Assembly: GCA_963716725.1 (NCBI GenBank)
Contig: CAVQUB010000003.1
Location: 237,978-301,977, forward strand
Direction of reading: 5' to 3'
Length of the DNA: 64,000 bases
Source: an uncultured delta proteobacterium
Lineage (GTDB): Bacteria; Myxococcota_A; Polyangia; Polyangiales; Polyangiaceae
Both the position numbers and the translations under genes were made by a program. Below, one piece after another: positions 30,085 to 39,441 of the stretch (position 1 is its first letter; the number at the start of each line of letters is the position of its first letter). Below the pieces are notes generated by a model that saw only the letters and a program-made list of their open reading frames with translations, was not told where the DNA came from and did not search any database.

Positions 30085-31322
30085 CGTCCGCCTCCCGCTT
30101 TTCGACCACCACCCGTCAAACGCAGCAAGCGAATGTCCGCGCGCCGCACCTCCGCGGCCGCCTCGGCCCAGCGCTCCTCTGCGAGCAAGAGTTCGCGGCG
30201 TGCGGCGAGCACGAGCGCGGCGTCGGTGCTGCCAGCTTCGTACTGCGCCAGCGATTGCCGCAGGGCCTCGCGAGTCGGAAGGATGACCGTCTCGCGCAGC
30301 GCGTCGCGGATCTCACGCGCGTGCTGACGCTCATGGACCGCGAGGTCGAGCTCACGCTCCAAGTTAACCCGCACGTGGCGGACCTCCGCTCGCTGGACAG
30401 CAGCGTCCGAGCGCGCGCGCGCGGTGTCGAGGGCGGCGGGGTTCACCAGCGGCAACGGAAAGGACGCTCGCGCCAAGACGAGCCAGTCGCCGGTGCCCTC
30501 CCGAGTCACGCTGGGTCCGATCGACAAGGACGGTACGCCAGCCGCTCGCGTGACCTCGATGGATCTGTCAAGACGCTCGGCAGCCGCTTCGGCCGCGAGC
30601 ACGTCGGGTTGCGCCCCGCGGGCGCGGGCCAAGAGCGGGGCGAGGTCCATGGGTCGATCGGCGAGGGCGAGGGGTCCCGCAGCGTCTATGCTGCGACCGC
30701 GGATCCCGGTCAGGTGCCCCAAGGCGACCTCGGCGACGTGGGCCCTGCCCTCGGCTTCGATCACGTCGATGCGAGCGCGACCCGCCAGGGCCTTCGCGGT
30801 GGTCTCCTCGGATGGTGGAGCGCTTCCCGCACGAACCCGCGCGCCCGCGATCTTGGCGATGGTGAGCGCGTGTTCCAACGACTCGCGGCGCTTCTGTTCG
30901 AGCTCACGCGCGAGCCGCAAGTCGACCCACGACAGCGCGGCCTCGGCGCGAACATCGTGGACGCCCACGCGGAGCCGAGCGTCGGCCTCGCCCGAGGCGG
31001 CCCTCGCCCAGCGCTGACGCGCGGCGCCCACGCCGCCGAGGGGCAGGTCCTGCCAGAGGCCGAGGGTCGCGTCCACGCCGATCCGACTCGGGTCGGCTCG
31101 GAACCGCGGGCCGATCTCGACCTCGATCCGGGGCGGCTGCGACAGTCTCTGATCTGCCGCCCGCCGCAACCCTTGCGCGCTCCCGACCGCTGCTCGCTTC
31201 GGACCCAAGGCCGAGGCGGCCTGCTCGGCGCGACGCATGGCCTCGTTCAGGTCCATCGACACGGGTGCAGCGGCGGCTGTACCGGACAAAGACACGAGAG
31301 TGAGGACGAAGAGAGATCGCAT
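30081..31322 (-). CDS. czcC: TolC family outer-membrane efflux protein (CzcC-like)
   Basis: Signal peptide, helical repeats, QYEAGSTDAALVLAARRELL; overlaps czcB start by 4 nt. Confidence 0.88.
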   Translation of the reverse strand: MRSLFVLTLVSLSGTAAAAPVSMDLNEAMRRAEQAASALGPKRAAVGSAQGLRRAADQRLSQPPRIEVEIGPRFRADPSRIGVDATLGLWQDLPLGGVGAARQRWARAASGEADARLRVGVHDVRAEAALSWVDLRLARELEQKRRESLEHALTIAKIAGARVRAGSAPPSEETTAKALAGRARIDVIEAEGRAHVAEVALGHLTGIRGRSIDAAGPLALADRPMDLAPLLARARGAQPDVLAAEAAAERLDRSIEVTRAAGVPSLSIGPSVTREGTGDWLVLARASFPLPLVNPAALDTARARSDAAVQRAEVRHVRVNLERELDLAVHERQHAREIRDALRETVILPTREALRQSLAQYEAGSTDAALVLAARRELLLAEERWAEAAAEVRRADIRLLRLTGGGRKAGGGR

Positions 31323-31571
31323 GAGACTGTTGCGCGGAGCACGATCCGTGCGCGCCGGGACCATCCGTGCCTTCGGGCGAGCCAGGGCTCAATCCGTCGG
31401 ATGGCGGATGCCGGGATTGGCAGCTGAATCGCCGCCCGTTTCTTCGGTCGCCCGGGCGTTCGGCGGCAGCGATCCGGGCGCCGCACGGGGGCAGTCCTCC
31501 CCGGGGGTCCCGCAGAAGTTTCGCGTGATGGCTCCTCGGGCGCACGCACGACTCCTGCTAGGTTCGAAAGG

Positions 31572-31961
31572 ATGCACGCCCCAGCGCGCTCCATCACCCT
31601 AGCTTTTGCGCTCGTCATTGCCTGCGCCTGCAACAAGACAGAACCGCCGGTCCCCTCCGGAGAGGGCTTCGGCTGCGTCAACATCGTCGCGAACAAGGAC
31701 TTCAGCTGCACCGAGGTCGACGCGACCAGCACCCAGGAAGAGCGCGAGCGATTCGAGAAAGCCTGCGTTGACTCGGGGCGGCGAAACCTCCGCGGCCGCG
31801 TGGTCAGGCACTGCCCTTCCGAGAGCGTCGTGGCCGAGTGCGCATTGCCCGCAGAGAAGTCGACCATGCGCTACTACGAGAAAGAAATGTCTCCCGAGGC
31901 GCGCAAGGGCGCGGCGCTAGGCTGCAAGCTGCGGGCGGGGGTCTTCTCCGAGCGACCTTGA
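31572..31961 (+). CDS. Small Cys-containing lipoprotein
   Basis: LVIACAC lipobox; six further Cys (C..CTE..C..CP..C..C). Confidence 0.7.
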   Translation: MHAPARSITLAFALVIACACNKTEPPVPSGEGFGCVNIVANKDFSCTEVDATSTQEERERFEKACVDSGRRNLRGRVVRHCPSESVVAECALPAEKSTMRYYEKEMSPEARKGAALGCKLRAGVFSERP

Positions 31962-32043
31962 GCTTGCTGCTCGACCGAAGACGATCCGCCCAGACGCGGC
32001 TCGGATCATCCGCGAGCGCGGGGGAGGCGGCCGGTGGGGCCCG

Positions 32044-32988
32044 TCAGCGACTGCCGAGCGAACGGGTCGGTCCCGCCCACGAGCGAGCCTCGACCTTCGC
32101 AAGGGACAGCGCGCTCTGGACCGCGCGGAGCAGCTCTTCCGGTCGAGCCAGGGCACCAAGGCGAGGCACTATCAACAGGTCGCCCCCAGCGAGGGACAGC
32201 CACGGCAAGAGGGGGCCGCCGGGCTCGGTTCCGAGGGAGGCCAAGCTGGCCGCCAACGGCTCCTTGGCGGCAGCCGCCGAGAGCAGGCGCCGTCTGGCAC
32301 GGCAGAGCCGGACCAGATCGCCGAGCTCGCCCGGCTCGGAGCGGCGCGCACAGAGGTCGGCGTCGACCACCAGCGCGATCGGTGACCAGGCAGACGGAAC
32401 GGACTCTCGCAGCTTCGCGGCCACACGGTCACGCTCTCCGCTACCACCCGTTCCAAGCCGGATCGCCCTCGAGACGGGCCACGCTGCAAAGCGCGCGCGC
32501 TCCGCCAACGGGTCCACGACGTCGCTCGACCACGCGGCGACGACTCGCTCTCCGGGGTTCGCAGGCTCAGTCGCGATACGAACCTCCAGGCCCGCACCGA
32601 GCCAGCTCTTGGCCAGAAGCTCTTGTGCCCCGTTGAGCACTGGCAGGAGCCAGGCGCGATCCCTGCGGAGCTCGCTCGTCACTTCCTCGGAAGTGAGGTC
32701 GACCAAGCCTGGAGTGCTCGACGCTTCGAGAGCCTCGACCAACGCACGAAGCGTTTGGCACAGCTCGACGCACTCCGCCGGAGGCAGCGCCGCGAGGGCG
32801 AGCCACACCGCGTCACCGGTGTCCCCCGCCGGGGACTTCCCAGGGTCGTCGCGACGCGCATCGTGCACGGATGCCGTCGTCCGATAGGCCAAGCGTGGGC
32901 CAGCACTGTTGCTGCGATCCACCGGCTCGCGTCCCGCGTATCGACGCCACCCCCAGACGCCCACGGCGCCCAGGGCAATGGCAGCCAT
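32044..32988 (-). CDS. Hypothetical protein with N-terminal membrane anchor
   Basis: ATG 4 nt after upstream stop; MAAIALGAVGVWGWRRY; Leu/Ala-rich helical body. Confidence 0.55.
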   Translation of the reverse strand: MAAIALGAVGVWGWRRYAGREPVDRSNSAGPRLAYRTTASVHDARRDDPGKSPAGDTGDAVWLALAALPPAECVELCQTLRALVEALEASSTPGLVDLTSEEVTSELRRDRAWLLPVLNGAQELLAKSWLGAGLEVRIATEPANPGERVVAAWSSDVVDPLAERARFAAWPVSRAIRLGTGGSGERDRVAAKLRESVPSAWSPIALVVDADLCARRSEPGELGDLVRLCRARRRLLSAAAAKEPLAASLASLGTEPGGPLLPWLSLAGGDLLIVPRLGALARPEELLRAVQSALSLAKVEARSWAGPTRSLGSR

Positions 32989-32992
32989 TCCG

Positions 32993-33730
32993 CTAACGAC
33001 GCTGCGCCGAGAACTCGATCCCTGCACTGGTGAACCCGCTGAGCTTCGTCCCGTCGATCTCGACATGAAGCGAACCCTGGGTGCTCGCATGGCCCGCGCA
33101 GTTCGCGTCGATCACGTTGTCGTGGATATCGATCGTGCAGCTGCCAACGCCAGCCTGCTCGATCTTCCAGGTTCCTCCGAGATCGCCGAACATCGAAGGT
33201 TTGGCCGCCGTCCGCGTGCCGAGGATCTTCGTGAAGGCCGGACTCGGGAGCCACTTGGGAAGCGCCGGAGGCTTCGCGGCCGAATCGACAGCCAGACAAG
33301 TTGCCCCGAGCGTGGTCCCGCCGAGGTCCGTGATACAGCCGTACAGCGGGTCGCCGTCGAGATCGCTCGCCAACCACTGACCGGCGATGTTGATGGGCAG
33401 CGCTCCCACCGAGAAGTCGGGCGTGCCGGCGCGCTCCACGAAAAATGCCGAGTGGGCGTTGTCCCAAGCGTCGGTCCAGTAGTCGACCCGAAAGCCATCG
33501 CCTTCAGCCAGCGCGGTGACCCCTCCGGACTTGGTCTGGATACTGAATCGCGTCGGGTCGATGATTACCGTAGCGACGACCGCGTTCGTTCCGACACTAG
33601 TCCCAATGGCGTCCCACACCCCCGCCAGTTCAGTCGACGTCGCGCCCGACTCCGAGCCGGATCCCTGACACGACAACGCCCCCAACGCGAGGGCGGCCAG
33701 CCACCCCCTGCTTCCCCTCAAACGCCGCAT
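32993..33730 (-). CDS. Beta-rich lipoprotein
   Basis: WLAALALGALSC lipobox; repeated LAGVW/IAGQW/LGGTW strands. Confidence 0.75.
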   Translation of the reverse strand: MRRLRGSRGWLAALALGALSCQGSGSESGATSTELAGVWDAIGTSVGTNAVVATVIIDPTRFSIQTKSGGVTALAEGDGFRVDYWTDAWDNAHSAFFVERAGTPDFSVGALPINIAGQWLASDLDGDPLYGCITDLGGTTLGATCLAVDSAAKPPALPKWLPSPAFTKILGTRTAAKPSMFGDLGGTWKIEQAGVGSCTIDIHDNVIDANCAGHASTQGSLHVEIDGTKLSGFTSAGIEFSAQRR

Positions 33731-33805
33731 GCCTCAGCATAACTTGGTCGGGGCCGCCGCGGACAGCCCCTTGGCAACGCCCTGCCCTTGATCGGTGTAA
33801 GACCC

Positions 33806-34258
33806 TCAGTTCGGCGAGTCGCCCTCGAGCTCGTGCTTCAGCTCGAGCAGCATGCCGTGGAACCCGTCACAGACCAAAGGCCGCGCCGCCTTGGTCAACA
33901 ATTTCCCAATCACTGGGATCGCGATCTGGAACCGCGTGGTCCAGTGAACCTCGGTCCCCCGCCCCCGTTCGATGAGCTCGATGCGTCCCAGCTCGTGGTC
34001 GAAGGGCACCGTGCACTCAACGACTCGATACTCGATCACGTGAGGCGGCTCGAAGCGGACGATATCTTCGAGGAAGCGCAGTCGCCCGAGCACCACTTCG
34101 CGCTGGGCCCCGACGCCGTTCGCGTGCTCCCGACCGGCCCGAAGCAGCCTGGCGGAGGTGACTCCTGAGAACCGAGCGAGCGCGCCGTGGTCCGTGATCG
34201 CCGCCCACACTCGGCACGCCGGCGCGTGAATGTACGTTTTCATCAATGCGGTCTGCAT
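33806..34258 (-). CDS. SRPBCC (START/polyketide cyclase-like) family protein
   Basis: IHAPACRVWAAITDH, GVGAQREV, EDIVRFEPPHVIEYRV, GTEVHWT, C-terminal helix. Confidence 0.88.
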   Translation of the reverse strand: MQTALMKTYIHAPACRVWAAITDHGALARFSGVTSARLLRAGREHANGVGAQREVVLGRLRFLEDIVRFEPPHVIEYRVVECTVPFDHELGRIELIERGRGTEVHWTTRFQIAIPVIGKLLTKAARPLVCDGFHGMLLELKHELEGDSPN

Positions 34259-34447
34259 GCTGCCTCGGCTGCCGGCGCGCCCCGAGGTTAGCCCAAGCGA
34301 GCCAGTTTCGGCAGCGCCGCGTGGCGGACCGGGATGCCGCCGCCACACGGGGCACCGGCACGCCACTGACCCACTCGCGTACACTCGCTGGGAGCCGGCT
34401 TCGGTTGCTGCCCGCGCGCACCTGCCTTGCTAGGCTCGCGAGCTGAG

Positions 34448-35704
34448 ATGTCACAGCGCATCGCCATCATCGGTGGAGGCATCGCGGGGCTGACCACCGC
34501 GTATCTGCTCGCGCGTCGCCACGAAATCACGCTCTTCGAGAAGACCGGCCGAGTGGGCGGCAACGCCTACACGCACACCACGCGTGACGGCCACCAGGTC
34601 GACATCGCAGTGGCGGCCTTCGGTCGCGCCGGCTACCCGAATTTCTATCGGCTCATCGACGAGCTCGGCGTGCGCGCGCAGCGTTCCCCCGGCGCGTTCA
34701 TGAGCCTGAAGAACCTCGACAGCGGCGAGGGGCTCTACATCACGCCGTGGAGCGCCCGAGGACTTTGGACTCAGAAGTTCGATCTGCTTCGCCCGCACCA
34801 CCTCAAGGCGCTCTACGGTCTCTACCGTGGGCTCGGCGCGCTACGCGGGCTGCTTCGCGACGGCAAGATCGGCAAGCTGACCCTGGCTGAGGCGATGGAA
34901 CTTACCCCGGCCATCCGCGGCGACGGGCGGCGGGTGCTGCTCTCTGCGCTCTGCCTCATGTCGTCGATGAGTGGGGACGACGTGCTGGCGGCGCCGGCGG
35001 AGTTCTTCGTGCGCAAGCTCGACGTGCACAACGACGTGGTCTCACCGCGCGCGCCCTACTCGGTGCAGTGCATGGCCAACCGCACCGTGAGCTACGTGGA
35101 CGCGCTCACTCGTCGCTTTCAGGATCGCATGGTGCTGAGCGCGGATTTGCGACGCGTGCTCCGTGACGAGCGGAGCGTCACGCTGATCGACGGGGCCGGC
35201 GAGCGGCGCGAGTTCGACCAGGTGGTGTTCGCGTGTCCAGCGGACGAGGCCCTGCGGCTGCTCGATGCGCCGAGCGACGATGAGCGCGCCCTGCTCGGGG
35301 CCTGGCGGTATCGCGGAGGCCGCGTGGTTCTCCACCGCGATCACTCGGCGTTTCCCCCGAAGGAACTGATCCAGGCCTTCACCTTCCTCTACCGAGAGTC
35401 GGGGTCGCGCTTCGAGACCTCGGTCTCCGGCGCGCTCTGGCGCCAGCCGGGTGTCTCGCCCGACTGTCCCTATTTGAGCTCGCAGCACGCCAACTTTCCC
35501 ATCGCGGTCGACCTCATCGAGCTGGACACCGTCCTGTACACGCCGATCTTCGACTTCGCTTCCTTCGCGACTCAGGCGCGGTTGCCGGATCTCAACGGCC
35601 GCCAGCGCACGTACTACTGCGGCAGCCACTTCGGTCACGGCCTGCACGAGGACGCCGTGACCTCGGCGATCAACGTGGCGCGCAAACTGGGCGCGACCTG
35701 GTAA
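34448..35704 (+). CDS. FAD-dependent oxidoreductase (COG2907-like amine oxidase family)
   Basis: IAIIGGGIAGL, GRVGGNAYT, YPNFYRL, LNGRQRTYYCGSHFGHGLHEDAVTSA. Confidence 0.88.
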   Translation: MSQRIAIIGGGIAGLTTAYLLARRHEITLFEKTGRVGGNAYTHTTRDGHQVDIAVAAFGRAGYPNFYRLIDELGVRAQRSPGAFMSLKNLDSGEGLYITPWSARGLWTQKFDLLRPHHLKALYGLYRGLGALRGLLRDGKIGKLTLAEAMELTPAIRGDGRRVLLSALCLMSSMSGDDVLAAPAEFFVRKLDVHNDVVSPRAPYSVQCMANRTVSYVDALTRRFQDRMVLSADLRRVLRDERSVTLIDGAGERREFDQVVFACPADEALRLLDAPSDDERALLGAWRYRGGRVVLHRDHSAFPPKELIQAFTFLYRESGSRFETSVSGALWRQPGVSPDCPYLSSQHANFPIAVDLIELDTVLYTPIFDFASFATQARLPDLNGRQRTYYCGSHFGHGLHEDAVTSAINVARKLGATW

Positions 35705-35708
35705 ACCC

Positions 35709-36398
35709 TCAGCTCGTTCGAGACCCGGGCGCGCTTCTCAGCGCGGCGGCGTCCATCGGAGCGCTGGGAGACGGCGTGCCTGGCAGCAGGTTGGACCCGT
35801 CGACCTCTGACCAGCGGCCACGCTGGAGGGCTTGGGCGGCGCTCTCGATCATCGAGAGGAAAGCGCGAAACCGCGCCGATCCTTCCCAAGGTCGATCGCG
35901 TGACTCGCGATCGAGAACATCCGTGAGCACGACCGCGGCCGTACCAAAGTGCGCTTTGAGCTCGGTCTGAGTGTAGAGCCCATTGAGCAGCACCGTGGTG
36001 TAGCCCACCTTCGTGCACAGCGGCATGCAGTGCGCGTCCAAGCTGCCGTCTCCCGAAGAGACCAAATGGTACGCCTGAGTCGACAGCGTGAACTCGGGGA
36101 TCGGCGAGCTCCTCCTCGCCATCACCATCATCACCGCGCCGAGGATGACGAGCACCCCGATCGCGGGGAGCGCAATCGCGACCCAGTCCACCCCGCTCGA
36201 GCTCAACCGTGAGATGCCCGCGACGATCGCGATCAGGCCCCCGATGCCCAGAATTGCGACACAGCCCAGCTGGTCGCTCTTCAACCCCGACTTTGCGGCC
36301 CCGGCCGCGTTGGCGCGGGCCCGGATCCGCTCGACGTACTCGGGTGGCAGCGACCGTGAATCCACGGAGCGGTGAGCTGGAACAGTGTCGTCGACCAT
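35709..36398 (-). CDS. Hypothetical two-TM membrane protein
   Basis: Two hydrophobic helices (VAILGIGGLIAIVAGI; WVAIALPAIGVLVILGAVMMVM) and soluble C-terminal domain. Confidence 0.7.
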   Translation of the reverse strand: MVDDTVPAHRSVDSRSLPPEYVERIRARANAAGAAKSGLKSDQLGCVAILGIGGLIAIVAGISRLSSSGVDWVAIALPAIGVLVILGAVMMVMARRSSPIPEFTLSTQAYHLVSSGDGSLDAHCMPLCTKVGYTTVLLNGLYTQTELKAHFGTAAVVLTDVLDRESRDRPWEGSARFRAFLSMIESAAQALQRGRWSEVDGSNLLPGTPSPSAPMDAAALRSAPGSRTS

Positions 36399-36463
36399 GG
36401 CGCCGAGGCGGAGCGTATCAGACGGACCTGGACGTATGTGCGCGCACACGCGATCATCGCCGG

Positions 36464-37993
36464 ATGACACCGGGGGAGCGCCGCCGCGGCCTGAGCGTCG
36501 CGCTCGTGGCGTTGACCGCCGCCTGCGGGGCACAACCCACGGCTCCGAGGGCCGTGGCGAGGCCGGCAACGCTCGAAGCTCCCGTCGCGTCGTCACGCCC
36601 GACCCCGCCGCAGCCGAATCCGACGTGTGCGCCGCTGGGAGCCCGCGCGATCTCAACGGACGGCGCGCTGATGGCCGTGGTGGACGGCCCCGACTTGGTC
36701 GTCTGGGAGACTGCAAGCTGGCGCGCACGGCTTCGCATCCCTCTGCGCGGAATGAAGGTGGAGACCCTGCGCTTCGATCCCAAGAGCCGCTACGTCGCCG
36801 TCGCGGCGGATGAGCGCGATCCTCGGGCACAGAGCACCCTGATCCGCCTCAGCGACGGGAACATCGTCGCCAATTGGCCAAGCACGTTCGAGACCGAAAC
36901 GACCTTTTCGCCGGACGGAAAGCATGCGTTTGTCATCGCGCGCGACGATTCCGCAGGAGATGCCGACGGGCAGGTCGTCGCCGAGCTGTGGACGCTAGAC
37001 CCACCCGCGCGACGCTCGACCTACCCGCTGGCGGAGTACGACGGCATGACGGGTCCCGATTTCAGCCCTGATGGCAAGCACGTCGCGGTCGGTCGGGCAG
37101 AGCTGGTCGTGTTCGAGTTCGGCGCAAAGGCGCCGGTCGGCACGTTTCCGTTTCAATCGGGCGGACCCGTAGTGTTCTCGGCCGACGGCGCCAAGCTCGT
37201 GTACAGGGAAGAGCAAGCCGCACGTCTCGTTGACGTTCCGAGCCGCCGCGGGCGCGTCGTCAAGGACCGCCATTGCGAAGGCCACGGCTTGGCGATCAGC
37301 CCGGACGGCAAGCAGTTTGCGATGGGAGGCGGCTTCGGTCTCGTTTGTTTGTTCGACACCGCGTCGGGTCGCCTGCTGCGCACGCTCCCAAGCAGGCGAC
37401 CCACCAAACGGGCTGAAGAGGACAGTGCGCTTTGGGAGCCCATTCTGTTCAGCGCCGACGGACAAACGCTGGTCGTAGCGGAGCAAGTCGCCTACCTGGT
37501 CTTCGACACCAAGCTGGGACGCGAGCTCCCACCGCCGATCGCGGCGCGCCCGGACGACCCCGAGGCGCCAAACTTCGACTGGAACCGCGGGGACACGACC
37601 TTCGTGTCACGCAAGCGCGACGGCGCCATCTTCATCGTGCATCGGGGCGCGATCCAGGCCCGCATCGACCCGGGTGCCCGGATCCGGGCCGTCGACCTCG
37701 CAGCCGGTGAAGGCAGCGTGCTGGCCGCGAGCTCGGACGGCGAGCTCATCGTCCGGGCCAGGGGCGCTGTCGAAGTCGTGAACACGGGGACCCGCGCGCG
37801 GGTCGCGATGCTGGATGGGGCGACACCCTCGACCGTGCTGGCGTTCGATCCCTCGGGACGCTTTGTCCTGTCCACCGGAGAGCTGGTTCGGGTCTGGGAT
37901 GCCAAGACCGGCCGGCGAGTGGACCCCTACGTGACCGCAGTGGACTGTCGGCCTAAGCCGACGCCTAAGCCCAAGCCTGCGCGGGCGCCGTGA
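36464..37993 (+). CDS. WD40-repeat beta-propeller lipoprotein
   Basis: VALVALTAAC; repeated FSPDG/FSADG and VRVWD motifs. Confidence 0.88.
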   Translation: MTPGERRRGLSVALVALTAACGAQPTAPRAVARPATLEAPVASSRPTPPQPNPTCAPLGARAISTDGALMAVVDGPDLVVWETASWRARLRIPLRGMKVETLRFDPKSRYVAVAADERDPRAQSTLIRLSDGNIVANWPSTFETETTFSPDGKHAFVIARDDSAGDADGQVVAELWTLDPPARRSTYPLAEYDGMTGPDFSPDGKHVAVGRAELVVFEFGAKAPVGTFPFQSGGPVVFSADGAKLVYREEQAARLVDVPSRRGRVVKDRHCEGHGLAISPDGKQFAMGGGFGLVCLFDTASGRLLRTLPSRRPTKRAEEDSALWEPILFSADGQTLVVAEQVAYLVFDTKLGRELPPPIAARPDDPEAPNFDWNRGDTTFVSRKRDGAIFIVHRGAIQARIDPGARIRAVDLAAGEGSVLAASSDGELIVRARGAVEVVNTGTRARVAMLDGATPSTVLAFDPSGRFVLSTGELVRVWDAKTGRRVDPYVTAVDCRPKPTPKPKPARAP

Positions 37994-38063
37994 GCACTCA
38001 CGCCTTCGCCGATCCCGAGGGCGGGCTGGATCGACTCAGGTCGACGTGCGACCTTTAGGGCCG

Positions 38064-39002
38064 ATGACGCCGTCCATCGCGCGCGTGACCGCGCTCGTTC
38101 TCGCGATCGGAGTCTGGGTTTCGCCCTCGACCTCCCAGGCGTGCAGCTGTCAGCCACCAAAGCCGACCGTGCTGTTGCCTTCGGCTACGACCCTGGCCCC
38201 AGCCGCCGGACCCTGGTTGGTCCTGCACGAGGGTGATGGAGTCGGCAGCCTCCGGTCGGAGCTCGGCGATCTGGTTCCGCTCGAGTCGATGGGCAGCTTC
38301 GACGAGCTCAGCCTGTGCGGGCGGCGCTTCGAGCTCTTGCGTCCCACGACGCCGCTCGACACCGGGCTCTCCTACGAGCTGTCACTCGTCTCGGGGACCG
38401 TCGCAGATTCTCGGAAGTTCCGCGCATCGTCGCGTGAGCCCAAGCTCGTCGAGCGTGCCGTCCACCTGAAGATCGCGCACTTGGTGTTCGACGGCGAGAT
38501 GAGCGAGGCGAGTTGCGCTGATCCGAAGTTCAACGGCCTTCATGCGAAAGGCTTCTTCCAAGCATCGATCGAACTCGACGCTCCTGCGCTGCTCTTCGTC
38601 GAGCTGTCCGCGGCCGACACTACCTTCGGGCAACTCGTCGAGGGAAATGCGACGGTGGGCCAAGGGCAATCGAGCGCGGTCGCCTTGGAGGCGCGGGCGG
38701 TCGCTTCTCTCCCGCAGCTCGACACCACTGCGGACTGCGCGCGGCTCGTGATTCGCGACTCGCGGAACGAGGTCGTGCACGATCAGGAGTTGTGTCCGCA
38801 GCCCGGCGAGACGCTTGAATCGGATCACACGTTGACCGTTCCGGAGCACCTGATCCGCGAGCCCGGCGAAGAACCCGAGGGCTGCGGCTGTCGCGTCGGA
38901 CGTCGCGACGGCTCAGGGCTTGGCGCGGCCTGCCTGCTCGCACTGGCGGCGCTCAGGCGCTTGGCTTCGCCCGCCCGACCCAGAGCATCGCCGCGATGCT
39001 GA
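38064..39002 (+). CDS. Secreted protein with MYXO-CTERM-like sorting signal
   Basis: Signal peptide ending SQA-CSC; C-terminal EGCGCRVG-hydrophobic-RR. Confidence 0.78.
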   Translation: MTPSIARVTALVLAIGVWVSPSTSQACSCQPPKPTVLLPSATTLAPAAGPWLVLHEGDGVGSLRSELGDLVPLESMGSFDELSLCGRRFELLRPTTPLDTGLSYELSLVSGTVADSRKFRASSREPKLVERAVHLKIAHLVFDGEMSEASCADPKFNGLHAKGFFQASIELDAPALLFVELSAADTTFGQLVEGNATVGQGQSSAVALEARAVASLPQLDTTADCARLVIRDSRNEVVHDQELCPQPGETLESDHTLTVPEHLIREPGEEPEGCGCRVGRRDGSGLGAACLLALAALRRLASPARPRASPRC

Positions 39003-39441
39003 TCAGCGCGGCGCCCACCGGCCACGCGATCCCATAGCCGCGACTGGGTGGAACCTCGGCTGCGGGTTCGGCGCGGGCTCGCCAGAATCCGCCCCGGTCA
39101 TTGCGCTTGATGGCCGCGACCACCGCCCCGATCGCGGCGCTCGACCCTGCATCGTTCTCGATCACGATGCCGAAGCTGGCGCTCCGCTCGGCGTGATTCG
39201 ACCACTCGACCAAGCGCAGGCCCGCCCGCGCGTCCGTCGGCGAGCGCAGCTCGATCTCGATCTCGCGCGAACCGATGCGCACGTTCCACAGCTTCCAACC
39301 CTCCCTGACCTCCGCGCCGAGCCGATGGGGAGCGAGCAGGGCGAGCACGTCAGCCTCGCGGCCGCGCTCAATCACGGCACCCGCCTGCGCCGACGCCCAG
39401 GGGGCGAGCACGCTCGCGATCACGAATGTCCGGCGCTTCAT
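38953..39441 (-). CDS. Small exported protein with C-terminal TM anchor
   Basis: MKRRTFVIASVLAPWASAQA (Tat-like RRxF leader); ATG overlaps upstream stop; C-terminal hydrophobic helix. Confidence 0.7.
   Translation of the reverse strand: MKRRTFVIASVLAPWASAQAGAVIERGREADVLALLAPHRLGAEVREGWKLWNVRIGSREIEIELRSPTDARAGLRLVEWSNHAERSASFGIVIENDAGSSAAIGAVVAAIKRNDRGGFWRARAEPAAEVPPSRGYGIAWPVGAALISIAAMLWVGRAKPSA

Noticed and set aside
31330..31560. Small czcI-like ORF or metal riboswitch upstream of czcC
   Set aside because: No His/Cys-rich ORF with a credible start and no recognisable RNA structure
34448..35704. Complete COG2907-DUF1365-cfa fatty-acid modification operon
   Set aside because: Only the oxidoreductase is present; the partner genes are absent here
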